A stretch of DNA of 63,529 bases, filler included, from Octopus bimaculoides (taxonomy: Eukaryota), in the NCBI RefSeq assembly GCF_001194135.2. It is 4 parts of 3 records of this genome, joined end to end, with 100 filler letters (N's around TTAATTAATTAA, not from the genome) between each part and the next. Parts side by side here need not be neighbours in the genome. Positions count along the whole stretch, not along the records: positions 19,919 to 48,709 come from NC_068983.1; 3 more parts are not named here. One strand, given 5' to 3'. Shown here one piece after another: positions 34,801-48,099 of this stretch. The notes under the pieces were generated by a model. The model made no database searches. It saw only the letters and a list, made by a program, of their open reading frames with translations, and was not told the DNA's origin. Both the position numbers and the translations under genes were made by a program. Numbering within the stretch: position 1 is the stretch's first letter; the number at the start of each line of letters is the position of its first letter.

Positions 34801-36775
34801 TTATGCTTGTCATTTTGTTTTTTAATTTTCCTAACGAAGGACATTAAAAAATTTCTTTGAATTCTGTCTACTAAACATCGGAACGAGACTCCAACCCGAT
34901 TCAGTATTGCACTTTTATAGAACTGATCTCAAATACATTTTAATAAGGCCTGTCGCTGCTCTGATTCCCCTGTTCTGTCTGCCCTGGCAAACTCAAAGAT
35001 TTATTTTTCCGGTTATTACCAGGTCTCCACCTGACTGAAGGTTAAAATACACATTCTGTTAAGAAATTATAAACGTATGGGTCACAGTGTGGTCGTCAGG
35101 ACCTGTCCTGGCTATTCCTGTACCACCGTACATTCTGGTGGTGGTGGTCACAGCGCAGACAGACCAAGTGGACTCGGCCAGGATGAAATAGATGATGTTC
35201 TTCCGAACTTGTTATTGGTGACGTGCATCACCCCAGCACAGTTTGGGACGAGAGAAACTATTGATGCTACAACTATTTCTCTTTCTCTCTATCCCTCTCT
35301 CTTTCTCTCTTTACTTCTGTTTCTCTCTCTCTCTACTCTTTCTGTCTATATATATTTCTCTATCTATCTTTTCCTCTCCCCTCTCTCTCTATGTCTCTCT
35401 TTGTTTCTCTCTCTCTCTCTCTCTCTCCGTTTGTCTCTCACTCTCTCTAAGTGTTTGCGCTTTTTCATGCAGTGGAGTAGGCGACGTTCATAGATTGGTG
35501 TTTCCTACTGACTTTATTTCCTCATAACTTTTGAAAAAAAAAAACATTTCTCTCCAAGAAATTTTGCACACATACGTCTTCGAGGTCATAGCTAACAATT
35601 ATGTTGATAAAATTTTGAAAAACAGAAATGATTCTTTTTGGGGGAATTTTCAGGATCGTTCTCCAGCCTCCCCCTGGGCCTATTTTGTTACCTTTTAATT
35701 GCGTAAATTTAGCATTTTACACCTTTTTGTTTGCAAATTACGTTCGAAGCATCAACATTACGTAATCTAGACTGAAAAACATATTTCTCCAAAATGTTAC
35801 TTAGAAATTGCATCTTAAGGATGCAAAGTTAGGAATGAGATGAGAATGATCCGAAACTTCTTTAAAAAATTCTTTTTAAAAAGATAAAAAACATCTTTTT
35901 TGTTATCAACATAATCGTAGTCTACATCCCGAAAACGTATCTCTTCAAAATTTCTCTTTAAAAATTATACATTTTTTAGAAAAAAGCTATGAAGAAACAA
36001 AAGTTGGCAGGGTGCACCAAATTGTTGTTATACCTTTTTTTATGTTCGTCCAGGTTAAGTGGAAGAGACCAGTGTTCTTTAGAATGCTAGTTTGTTGTCG
36101 TAACANNNNNNNNNNNNNNNNNNNNNNNNNNNNNNNNNNNNNNNNNNNNNNNNNNNNNNNNNNNNNNNNNNNNNNNNNNNNNNNNNNNNNNNNNNNNNNN
36201 NNNNNNNNNNNNNNNNNNNNNNNNNNNNNNNNNNNNNNNNNNNNNNNNNNNNNNNNNNNNNNNNNNNNNNNNNNNNNNNNNNNNNNNNNNNNNNNNNNNN
36301 NNNNNNNNNNNNNNNNNNNNNNNNNNNNNNNNNNNNNNNNNNNNNNNNNNNNNNNNNNNNNNNNNNNNNNNNNNNNNNNNNNNNNNNNNNNNNNNNNNNN
36401 NNNNNNNNNNNNNNNNNNNNNNNNNNNNNNNNNNNNNNNNNNNNNNNNNNNNNNNNNNNNNNNNNNNNNNNNNNNNNNNNNNNNNNNNNNNNNNNNNNNN
36501 NNNNNNNNNNNNNNNNNNNNNNNNNNNNNNNNNNNNNNNNNNNNNNNNNNNNNNNNNNNNNNNNNNNNNNNNNNNNNNNNNNNNNNNNNNNNNNNNNNNN
36601 NNNNNNNNNNNNNNNNNNNNNNNNNNNNNNNNNNNNNNNNNNNNNNNNNNNNNNNNNNNNNNNNNNNNNNNNNNNNNNNNNNNNNNNNNNNNNNNNNNNN
36701 NNNNNNNNNNNNNNNNNNNNNNNNNNNNNNNNNNNNNNNNNNNNNNNNNNNNNNNNNNNNNNNNNNNNNNNNNAA

Positions 36776-37085
36776 GGATGAAAGGCAAAGTCGACCTCGG
36801 CGGAATTTGAACTCAGAACATAAAGACAGATAAAATACTGCTAAGCATTTCGCCCAGCGTGCTAACGTTTCTTATTTCTTTATTGCCCAGAAGGGGCTAA
36901 ACAAGGACAGACAAAGGGATTAAGTAGATTTGATCGACTCCAGTGCGTAACTGGTACTTAATTTATCGACCCAGAAAGGATGAAAGGCAAAGTCGACCTC
37001 GGCGGAATTTGAACTCAGAATGTAACAGCAGACGAAATACCGCTAAGCATTTCTCCCGGCGTGCTAACGTTTCTACCAGCTCGCA
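36776..37085 (-). mobile_element. SINE family C, two tandem partial copies
   Basis: aaggatgaaaggcaaagtcgacctcggcggaatttgaactcagaa occurs at about 36776 and about 36976. Confidence 0.8.
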
Positions 37086-37748
37086 GTCTCCAGACAAGCA
37101 AATATTAGATATCGAGACAGGAGCGGCTTAGATTAGGAGATACTAAATGCTGAGGACGCACTAGTGGTTCAGTCAGGAGATATTAGTGACTCGGGCCAGG
37201 CAGGAAATATTAGATGTTGGGAAGTATCAGTGACTCGGGAAGGTGTGTTGAGGAGATATTTATGATAAAGAACATGAAGGATCTAATGTATTCGTTTCTT
37301 TCTGTCGGTCATGGGTGTTCTAATTTAAGTTTATTCATCGTTTTTTTTTTTTTTTAATCGTGACTCTGCCTTCTTTGTGTGTATCTAAAGACAAGAAGCC
37401 AAGGCTGGCTTACCCACTCCGTGAAAGTGTACCCGATCAGTAATGCTATGTAATAAATATGTATGTTGAAGCATTGCAATTATAAAAGACATACGAGCCG
37501 CCTCTACGATTAATTACGCGCTACCAGGAGCGATACATAATCTGACTCGTGAATGTTGTGGAAGTGTTAGGCGTAACTCTTAAGTATTTTTGTCATCTAT
37601 GCGTGGTGTGCGTTATACGTTGATGGATTGGAAGTGTGTAGAGCAGATGTCGACAAATTTCATAGACCCACTTCATGAAATTGTTGATCACTTATCGACA
37701 CCCATCGTGTAAAGTTCTAAAACAAAATTATTAATCTAATTTGTTTAT

Positions 37749-38472
37749 ACTCTCACTCTTTTACTTGTTTCAGTCATTTGACTGCGGCCATGCTGGAGCA
37801 CTGCCTTTAGTCGAGCAAATCGACCCCAGGACTTATTATTTGTAAGCCTAGTACTTATTCTGTCAGTCTCTTTTGCCGAACCGCTAAGTTACGGGGACGT
37901 AAACACACCAGCATCGGTTGTCAAGCGATGATGGGGGGGGGGACAAACACAGACACACAAACACACATACATATATATATATACATATATACGACAGGCT
38001 TCTTTCAGTTTCCGTCTACCAAATCCACTCACAACGCTTTGGTCGGCCCGAGGCTATAGTAGAAGACACTTACCCAAGGTGCCACGCAGCGGGACTGAAC
38101 CCAGAACCATGTGGTTGGTAAGCAAGCTACTTAGNNNNNNNNNNNNNNNNNNNNNNNNNNNNNNNNNNNNNNNNNNNNNNNNNNNNNNNNNNNNNNNNNN
38201 NNNNNNNNNNNNNNNNNNNNNNNNNNNNNNNNNNNNNNNNNNNNNNNNNNNNNNNNNNNNNNNNNNNNATGGGGGGGGGGACAAACACAGACACACAAAC
38301 ACACATACATATATATATATACATATATACGACAGGCTTCTTTCAGTTTCCGTCTACCAAATCCACTCACAACGCTTTGGTCGGCCCGAGGCTATAGTAG
38401 AAGACACTTACCCAAGGTGCCACGCAGCGGGACTGAACCCAGAACCATGTGGTTGGTAAGCAAGCTACTTAG
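37749..38472 (-). mobile_element. SINE family A copy whose 5' part is repeated across an N gap (probable assembly duplication)
   Basis: About 37930-38134 is identical to about 38270-38472. Confidence 0.85.
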
Positions 38473-38869
38473 CACACCCACTTGATGACATTTCCTACAC
38501 ACTGGGCCAATATTAACCACTTTGCCGATTCCTGGTTTAGAGAATAATTGCAACATGTGAATGTAATGTTATTGGTGTATGAAGTTGTGTGTGTATGTTA
38601 TTATCGAGTTATATTATGGAATCGTGTAAGTTTGTCGGGAAAAGAATACGAGAAGCAAATAAATCTTATAAAAATTTCCAAACTGTCATTGAGTCAACTT
38701 TATTCATTAGACGACTTGCTTTTTCTTTCCTTGGGCCCTCAGCTCTGATGGACTCGAGGGCGTCGTCGTTAAATACAGCGTGTCATGAACATTTATTACC
38801 TGGCAGAGAGAGAATTGGGAAAGACTTCCGCCCATCCCCATTCTCTCCGAAATTTGTTCATTCTTAAAA

Positions 38870-39580
38870 TCTTTTTTGCCAAAACCCCCGTTTTCGGATA
38901 CGGAGGTTCCGGAAAATTCGCGGACCCGAACGCGCAGTCGCGCGTCCGCGCTAGCTAGTCTTGAGTGGTCGATCCTAACCCTAACCCTAACCCTGTCCCT
39001 AACCCGCGTGTGCAAATGAATACGTGTTTAGGGTTAGGGTTAGGATCGACCACTCACGACTAGCTNNNNNNNNNNNNNNNNNNNNNNNNNNNNNNNNNNN
39101 NNNNNNNNNNNNNNNNNNNNNNNNNNNNNNNNNNNNNNNNNNNNNNNNNNNNNNNNNNNNNNNNNNNNNNNNNNNNNNNNNNNNNNNNNNNNNNNNNNNN
39201 NNNNNNNNNNNNNNNNNNNNNNNNNNNNNNNNNNNNNNNNNNNNNNNNNNNNNNNNNNNNNNNNNNNNNNNNNNNNNNNNNNNNNNNNNNNNNNNNNNNN
39301 NNNNNNNNNNNNNNNNNNNNNNNNNNNNNNNNNNNNNNNNNNNNNNNNNNNNNNNNNNNNNNNNNNNNNNNNNNNNNNNNNNNNNNNNNNNNNNNNNNNN
39401 NNNNNNNNNNNNNNNNNNNNNNAGAATCATAATCTCTGTATTTTTCCGCATATTTTGGCGGGGAAAATTCTGAAAAAAGTAAAACATGAAGGGGTGGTAA
39501 TTTTAAAATGCCGATTTTTGCCAATTTTTTTGGCAGATTCGTATTCCCCGTAGCCGAAAAGGGGTTTTGTGTTGAAAAAA
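38870..39580. mobile_element. Non-autonomous DNA element with imperfect TIRs and an internal telomere-motif hairpin
   Basis: ttttttgccaaaacccccgttttcggatacgg is the approximate inverse of ccgtagccgaaaaggggttttg; internal 38-bp IR at 38953-38990 / 39028-39065. Confidence 0.6.
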
Positions 39581-39816
39581 AACAAAAAGAAAATTTTTTT
39601 AAGGGTAGCTGGTGGGGTCTTGCCGAGAATTGTTAGGATTTAACTGGTACTTTTTTTTATCGATCCTGAAACAAAAAATGAGATTTGAACTCAAAGTGCA
39701 GGGAGCCGCAAAGATTGCTAAAGCAATCAATACGACGATTTAACAACCCAACCAGTCGAACTGCAGGAAAACGAAACAATAAATAAAAATAATGAATGAA
39801 AGATAGTTAATAGCAC

Positions 39817-40205
39817 TGTTGTTGTTGGCACTCCGTCGCTTACGACGTTGAGGGTCCTAGTTGATCCGATAAGCGGAACAGCCTGCTCGTGAAATTAACG
39901 TGCAAGTGGCTGAGCACTCCACAGACACGTGTACCCTTAAAGTAGTTCTCGGGGATATTCAGAGTGACACAGTGTGACAAGGCTGGCCCTTTGAATTACA
40001 GGCACAACAGAAACAGGAAGTAAGAGTGAGAAAAAGTTGTGGTGGAAGAGTACAACAGGGTTCACCACCATCCCCTGCCGGAGCCTCGTGGAGCTTTAGG
40101 TGATTTCGCTCAATAAACACTCACAACGCCCGGTCTGGGAATCGAAACTGCGATCCAAAGACAGCGAGTCCGCTGTCCTAACCACTGGGCCATTGCGCCT
40201 TCACA
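39817..40205 (-). mobile_element. tRNA-derived SINE family B, full-length with 9-bp TSD; diverged relatives at about 45725-46020 and 48150-48415
   Basis: High similarity to 27935-28312; TSD taatagcac at 39808-39816 and 40206-40214. Confidence 0.9.
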
Positions 40206-40607
40206 TAATAGCACACTGTATAACAATGAAAAAAGAAAACGGAAATGACAATAACCTTTCCTAAGGGTATTTTGCGTGTAGATCATGAATGTAACATCCG
40301 TTTCTTTCTGTGACCCTCTAGTTTCTCGTAAATTATCATCTTACTTATGTTAAATACACTGGTGATTTCGTAGGAATTGAGTGCAAACAGGATTGGGTCG
40401 AAACTGACAACTCTAAAAGTTATGAACGGATTTTAATATAATTTTAATGGGGTATTCTTAAGATATCGCCAACCTAACCTATGAAAATTATAAAGATACA
40501 CTTTATATATACATAGTTATATGAGTCTAAACCCATGGTAAAATGACAAGAAACCACACCTCATCACCCAACCTAAACTCAAAGCAACAGAGAGAAGTCC
40601 TGCCCAC

Positions 40608-40800
40608 GGGCATATGGCGTAGTGGTTAAGAGTGCGGGCTATTAAGCCCAAGATTCCGAGTTCGATTCCAAGGCAGTGACCTGAATAATAATAACAACAT
40701 CGAAAATTACCTTAGGAATGAGAACCCAGGTTCGAAAATTTCCCAAGACACCTGATGAAGGTTAACAACAAGCAAGATAAGGACAAATATCCGTCAATTG
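40608..40800 (+). mobile_element. tRNA-headed SINE family D with a truncated hammerhead-like core
   Basis: Head gggcatatggcgtagtggttaagag...gagttcgattcc, then (AAT)n, then ..cccaagacacCTGATGAagg|ttaacaac.., colinear with 57296-57380 apart from a deletion. Confidence 0.75.
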
Positions 40801-40886
40801 TTATGTTGTAAATTTATATGGTGGCGACATGATTTTCTCGACGGAGTAAGTTATAGATAGTCTCACTTTTAATAGTTTCATTGTTT

Positions 40887-40919
<33 letters not shown>

Positions 40920-41653
40920 GTATATATATATATATATGTGTGTGTGTGTCTATATGTATTATGTCTATATAGATATATATATATATAAAAGAATACAAAA
41001 AATNNNNNNNNNNGCTCCCTCTGCCCCTTTTCATCTTCCGGTCAGCTCCCAGTTCCGGTCAGCGGTCAGCTCCCCAGTCGCTGACGTCATACCTCATGTT
41101 GCTATGTTTATGTCCCCGTAACTTAGAGGCTCGACCAAAGACACACATAGAATAAGTACTAGGCTTACAAAGAATGAATCCTGGGGTCGATCTGGCTGCA
41201 GTCACCTGACTGAAACAAGTGAAACAATAAAAAAAAAACTATGCTTCTTTAATCCCGAGCAACGCCGGGTATATCTAATAATATCAATGAAAGATCGCTA
41301 ATAACAAAGAAAAAAACTGACGTCTAATATACTTAACTATTATACGACAGTCCCGCAAATCTACACTAGAATGAATACCTTAAGTATTCCAGAACTCCGG
41401 ATTTCCTTACTCTTATCTTCGAAGTCACTTAATAGGTAAGTACAATTATTTAACCAGGCGGTAGTGGTTTTTACATAAATATTTGTAATACTGCGTTGAA
41501 ATCTGAGCCATTAATAATCGAGGTTTCAAATCCAGTGTAGTATTGTTTGGCGACCTTTGTTTATTGTTACCGAGTTCATCAAGAACAGGACTACTTTCAT
41601 CTCGATTTTCGGTAATCTTCTGGAATTGACTTATTTGTCGGGGTCTTCTAGAT

Positions 41654-42352
41654 CAGTGCCTCTCAAACTATCTGAAGTGGCGTACCGGCAGTTTTTTTGT
41701 TTTTTTTTTTCCAATGCCCCAGGGACCGGTAATATTTCTTAGTAATATTAATTTATACCGGAAACAATATATATGATGAATATAATAAAATATCTCTTTT
41801 ACTCTTTTACTTGTTTCAGTCATTTGACTGCGGCCATGCTGGAGCACCGCCTTTAGTCGAACAAATCAACCCCAGGACTTATTCTTTGTGAGCCTAGCAC
41901 TTATTCTATCAGTCTCTTTTTTTTCCGAACCGCTAAGTTACGGGGACGTAAACACACCAGCATCGGTTGTCAAACGATGTGGGNNNNNNNNNNNNNNNNN
42001 NNNNNNNNNNNNNGGGGGGGGGGGGGAACACAGACACACAAACACACACATATATATATATACATATATACGACGAGCTTCTTTCAGTCTCCGTCTACCA
42101 AATTCACTCACAAGGTTTTGGTCGGCCCGAGGATATAGTAGAAGACACTTGCCCAAGGTGCCACGCAGTGGGACTGAACCCGGAGCCATGTGGTTGGTAA
42201 GCAAGCTACTTACCACACTTATATCTTATATTTATTGTGTAAACAAATAATACAATATTACATAAGCATTTTATACTGTTTCTTTCTTTTCTGGAAACTA
42301 GCCACGTACCGGCAGCTGATGACTCGCGGGCCACCCTTTTTAAGTAGCACTG
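41654..42352. mobile_element. hAT (Charlie-like) non-autonomous element interrupted by a SINE family A copy (41794-42218, - strand)
   Basis: CAGTG...CACTG termini with a 7/8 TSD ttctagat (41646-41653) / ttctaaat (42353-42360). Confidence 0.8.
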
Positions 42353-44058
42353 TTCTAAATGATTGTCATTCCAATTACATTAAACATTCTTAATCTGAAT
42401 TACTTGGTAGGAGATGGCTTAGCGAAACTACAGTTTCTAGTTCATTGACTTGGTGAGCTAAAAACATACTATTGCTTCAATTTAACCCATTGACTGCCAA
42501 ATTTTTTTAATCCATATATTTTGGCTTTGCCAGGTGTCTTAAGAGTTAAAATGATACATAGTATTTAAATTTTCTTCATATGTGAATTATTATGGAAATT
42601 ATGATAAATATTTCAACAAGTCCCAAATAGGGATCGCTGAAAAAAGGGATATTTATCTTATTCTATTCAATTGCAATAATAAACATTTTGGCGATCTTTC
42701 GGTACGAGTTCCTAAATATCGGCCTTTTCCGTAAAAAGTGTCTTCGGCGTTCTTTACCAAAGATCGGCCTTTTCCGTAACATCTGCACCATCTTCACTAC
42801 GGTGTTAGGGTTACGGTTTTAGTGTCAGGGTTAAATGCGAATGTGTATGAAATATCAATGAATGATACAGTTGGGAAATGCAAAAAAAAAAAAAGAANNN
42901 NNNNNNNNNNNNNNNNNNNNNNNNNNNNNNNNNNNNNNNNNNNNNNNNNNNNNNNNNNNNNNNNNNNNNNNNNNNNNNNNNNNNNNNNNNNNNNNNNNNN
43001 NNNNNNNNNNNNNNNNNNNNNNNNNNNNNNNNNNNNNNNNNNNNNNNNNNNNNNNNNNNNNNNNNNNNNNNNNNNNNNNNNNNNNNNNNNNNNNNNNNNN
43101 NNNNNNNNNNNNNNNNNNNNNNNNNNNGGGGGGGGGGGTCCTAAGCCATTCCATTCTTTCATTATAAATATTCCATTTTATATACATCATTCGTTATATG
43201 TCCTTGTAGTGTCCCTTCTTTGTTCAGGCTATATGCCTTTAATAAAGATACAAGTTCAAAAATAACGATTTATGACATAAAATGTCCTCTAGAATTAACC
43301 AGAGCTAATAATGACAAGCTTTAACGACTAAATATTGTTAAACACACCTCTGCAAATGCCATGTACAAAAACAATTCACCTTAAATACAATGAACACCCG
43401 TCAGTGAGACTGTTTTTAGCAGATCCCCAAATGGAGCTCATAGCAGGCAATGGGTTAATTAATTCTACAGACTCTGTTTTGTTTGTACTTTGAATAGCAC
43501 ATCATTATTTTCAGAAGAAAACTTTATCAAGTATCTAGTAACCACTCAAATATGGACGCCCCTGGTAAATGATTATACGAATTGCCAGTTTAACACACGC
43601 CATTATTTTATGATGAAAATTGCTTTATTTGAATGCATGTTTTGTTTGTGATGATAATTGTCTTTTTTCGTATCTCTAATTAATTTAATTCAACAACTTG
43701 AATTCAGCAACTAATTAGATTAGCCATGCAAGATTTATTAATAACGAAAAAAAAGTGTGGGTGGGGATACTGAGGTTCTGCACTTTAGTAGTCAGCCAAA
43801 AAAACAGTTACTGATTGTTAAAAAGAATCAAGTTTATAAAATCAATGATTTCATAAGCCGTAAACATCATTGCTATGAAACGTACTTGTCTCCAATAACA
43901 AGTGCTTCTGACAACCGCTTCATCCATGAAACCGAGAAAGCCTTGCGTAAATGGCCCGAAGGACTTTATTGTTACAAATGATACACAAAAGACTGGGTCT
44001 AATAGAAATAGGAAAAAAAAATTTTGAATCACTCAAACTTGAGTATTATAGTCATATT

Positions 44059-44097
<39 letters not shown>

Positions 44098-45335
44098 TCG
44101 AAATGAGACACAGTTTAGGGCAGCGATGTCAAATTCTCTTGCACACCAGATGTGCCATCAAAACTCTTGATTGGACTATATCAGGTGCAGGAGAAGAGCC
44201 ATGCAAGGAACGTGAAGAGAGCAAAGCATAAAGACGGAAAATCGCGGTGGTGCTCCAGCATGNNNNNNNNNNNNNNNNNNNNNNNNNNNNNNNNNNNNNN
44301 NNNNNNNNNNNNNNNNNNNNNNNNNNNNNNNNNNNNNNNNNNNNNNNNNNNNNNNNNNNNNNNNNNNNNNNNNNNNNNNNNNNNNNNNNNNNNNNNNNNN
44401 NNNNNNNNNNNNNNNNNNNNNNNNNNNNNNNNNNNNNNNNNNNNNNNNNNNNNNNTATATACATACATATAAATATATATACAAAAGTTTGAGGTCCACT
44501 ATGGTTAAGGTTACAATTAGGGTTTAGGGGTTGGGTTTAGGTTATATTTAGGGTTAGTGTTAGCGTTTAGGGTCAGTCCGACCAGTGGATGGCTGGGGTT
44601 AATCAATTATTAACATCTTTAGTGAATATTTGTTCTAAAATTCTTCTGGAATAAGTGAATAACAAAATCAAATTCTACGTGAAAAATTATATCAAATTTG
44701 AAAAAAACAATCAATACAATTTTTGTAGCAAAAAATTTAAAAGCGAAAGTTCAGAATATAAGTACAAAGTGGTTAAAGTTTTCAAGTTCACAACAGCTAT
44801 GTTACTATGGGAACAGGCATCAATGCATTTGTGCCTTACGATTGGCTAAAATTACCCAAAATTTGCGAACTTTAAAAGCCATTAACTTTTCTTTTTTAAT
44901 TTATGGCAAAGATGAATTTCATTTCCATAATTAGCATACAAAACTACATCAATACATCAAATTTTAAATCAATTGGAACAAAACTAAAGGAATTGAAAAT
45001 TGAAAGCCAAACAGAAAAGCTCTGTCTTTTGTCATTATGAATAGTTGTATGTACGTATGTATGTACGCATGGATGGATGGATGAAGACAATCAATCTTTA
45101 TTAAAGGATCGCTCAATGCTTTTCAGTAGAGTATTAGATTTATTTTATTTTCAGAACGACATAGTTGACAGTGACTTGGAAGTTTCGGATTAGTCGTCTT
45201 TATCAGACTATACACGCACGCGCACGTACACATGGCTAATATTATCTTCACTGCATAATTATTTCAAATTAACTTTTTAATACTCAGTGCATTAAAAATG
45301 GCAACATTTAACACGACTATTATTTTACATACGAA

Positions 45336-45366
<31 letters not shown>

Positions 45367-46339
45367 TTCTATCTATCTCTCCCTCTTTTTTTCTCAGTAA
45401 CCCTATTCTATAGAACATTTTCACACCAACTCTTATATATCATACATTCATTTTGCGAATTTAATTTTCTTTGATTATCTATGTACACCAGCATGAATCA
45501 CGGCTTGGTTTTAAATGAGATCAAATTAACATATTTTGACAGTCCCGAGCTGGTCTGGCCGTTAATAAAGATTGGGAACGTTTATTGTACATGATGATAC
45601 ATGGACGCCAGGGAAATATATCGTGTCTATCACATGCGATGCACAGAATAGGCAAACGGTTAAAAGATAACAACTTATAAACACGCTATTACGAAGGACT
45701 ACATAGCTCTGTCCAGTTTATTAACCTCTCCGTCAATTACGACGACGAGGGTTCCAGTTGATCCGATCAACGGAACAGCCTACTCGTGAAATTCATGTGC
45801 AAATGGCTGAGCATTCCACAGACACGTGTACCCTTCGCGTAGTTCACTGGGAGATTCAAAGTGACACAGAGTGTGACAAGGCCGACCCTTTGAATTACAG
45901 GTACTACTCATTTTTGCCAGCTGAGTGGACTGGAACAACATAAAATAAAGTATCTTGCTCAAGGGCACAATGTACTGCCGGGAATCGAACTCGCGATCTT
46001 ACGATCGTCAGGTGAATATTCTTGCCACTAATTCACCTTTCATAGTGTATAAGCAGTATCTCTGTGGTCGGTCAAAGAAAGTCATTTGCTAATGATATAC
46101 CAACACAGGACGGAAACTAGTCTGGTCGATCCCTCATTTTATGTCCTCATATATATCACTGTAACGTGAGTTTTTTTTGTTTTTCTTTTACTAAAGTATT
46201 TTGGTGTTTAAGGATAAATATGAATAAGACGTAAAATGCGTGTTACTCATTAACATAAATTATTCCCGTTAATAATATAAAGCAAGCACTACATGCAGAT
46301 AGGGAAAAAAAACACGAACAGAAATGTCCAGTATGAATC

Positions 46340-46600
46340 ATTTGGTTGTTTCAGTAATTGGACTGTGGCCATGCTGGGGCACCCGATTGAAAGGTTTAGT
46401 CGAACAAACAGAAACACAAAGACGCTCACACACACACACACACACATACATACTTACGACGGGCTTCCACACAGTTTTTGTCAAGCAAATTCACTCACAA
46501 AGCATTGGTCGACCCAGGGCTATAGTAACAGACACTTGCCCAAGGTGTCACGCAGTGGGACTGAACCCGAAACCACAAGATTACAAAGTGAGCTAGTTAA
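46340..46600 (-). mobile_element. Diverged SINE family A-related copy
   Basis: gacacttgcccaaggtgtcacgcagtgggactgaaccc head and ggccatgctggggcacc tail. Confidence 0.7.
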
Positions 46601-46693
46601 CTACACGGGTATGCCTGCGCATATTGTCAAACAAAAGTTAATGGTTAGAAAAGGATGTTTATTTATGTGCCTTTATATTCATGTATGTTAATT

Positions 46694-46747
<54 letters not shown>

Positions 46748-47173
46748 TTAAAATGTATTTGTGTAAATGGTGTTCTTTGTTTGTCTTCTAGAAAAAAACA
46801 TAGATGTGTATGTCTTTGCTGCTTTGTACTAGGGACAAAGATCCTTAGCTCAATTGTGATAATCTATAGCATAAAAGAAAAAGAGGTAATTCAAATTATT
46901 TTTTAAGACTGAAAGGACTGGGAAAACCTTCATTGGTTAAAAAAAATGCGGTGGCCTCAATTACGTCAGAGTATCTAACAATAACTTCCTTGATTGGCAA
47001 AAATAACAAGGTATTAGATGAGCCAGCTTTTCTTCTAAAGGTTTTCCCGATCTTTTGTGTGTAAAAGTATAACTGTCCTATTATAAATGGTGTCAAGGAT
47101 TAACATTGTACGTATTAAAAGAAACATTTAAGCAAAGGAGTGGAGACTTACCCAACTACGGTTAATATCTAGT

Positions 47174-47568
47174 TCCGCACCCGGTGGGAAAGATGGAAAC
47201 GAAAATGTGTAACAGTTGTAATGTACCGTATATTAAAGGAATATGAGGAAAAAAATGCGCGCTGACAAACGGGTGGGGGGAGGGCTTGGAAAATTCACAC
47301 GATCAACCTTCTTAATATTTGTTGAATATACATTGCATTAGATGTATTAGAGACGATTTCTGTTTCACTCCTGTGACCGGGTGTTGAGGTTTAGGGCACG
47401 GATTTTGTACGGNNNNNNNNNNNNNNNNNNNNNNNNNNNNNNNNNNCGGGTGAATTTTCCGAGCTCCATCCCGTTTGTCGGCGCGCATTTTTTTCCTCGT
47501 ATTCCTTTAATATACGGTGCATTACAACTGTTATACATTTTTGTTTCCATTTTCCCCACCGGGTACGG
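47174..47568. mobile_element. MITE/foldback element with about 110-bp inverted arms
   Basis: ccgcacccggtggg...aaaaaaatgcgcgctgacaaacggg is the inverse of cccgtttgtcggcgcgcattttttt...ccaccgggtacgg. Confidence 0.8.
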
Positions 47569-47972
47569 ATCGTGCTGTGAAACAAAACACTGTTTAACGC
47601 GTCAGTAACTTTTCTTTCTTTTTTGCTGTTGTTGTTATTCCATTCTACAATTCCATTCCGTTTTGTCAAACTGTGTACACTCTAGTTCCCTCTCTTTCTC
47701 GTTCTCTCTCTTACACACACACACAGACCCCACACATACGGGGTGCGTCAAAAGTAGCGCCCAGCTCCTGCTTTAGGGTTGCTATATATGACTTCCCAAC
47801 CGGGAAATACTCCTAACTCTTGTTGTACGGTTAGGATATCCAAAGAGTTTCAACGACATGATACATGATCCAGATTCTGTAACCTTCAAAACCGTCAGTA
47901 ATAACCTGAAAAACAACAAAGGCATGACTTCCCAGAAACTGGGCTCTACTTTGGATTCAACCTGTATATATA

Positions 47973-48099
47973 TAGGGTGTCCAAAAAGTCTGGGTACACG
48001 GAGTAAATAAAATCGTAACATAAACAATTAGATATAAGAAATAGTAATTTTTTAAAGTATGTGTTAATCTCCGTGTACCCAGACTTTGTGGACACCCTG
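47973..48099. mobile_element. Tc1/mariner-type MITE, about 127 bp
   Basis: About 31-bp TIR (agggtgtccaaaaagtctgggtacacggag / ctccgtgtacccagactttgtggacaccctg) in TA context. Confidence 0.88.

Noticed and set aside
37930-38472. Tandem SINE duplication (also 20397-20431 vs 20442-20477)
   Set aside because: Identical sequence on both sides of a gap indicates contig-overlap artefact.
38660-38790. Short - strand peptide DDALESIRAEGPRKEKASRLMNKV, faintly CARD-like
   Set aside because: Under 40 codons between stops with no usable splice sites.
43757-44032. Overlapping 74-aa ORFs on both strands
   Set aside because: No recognisable motif or coherent exon chain.
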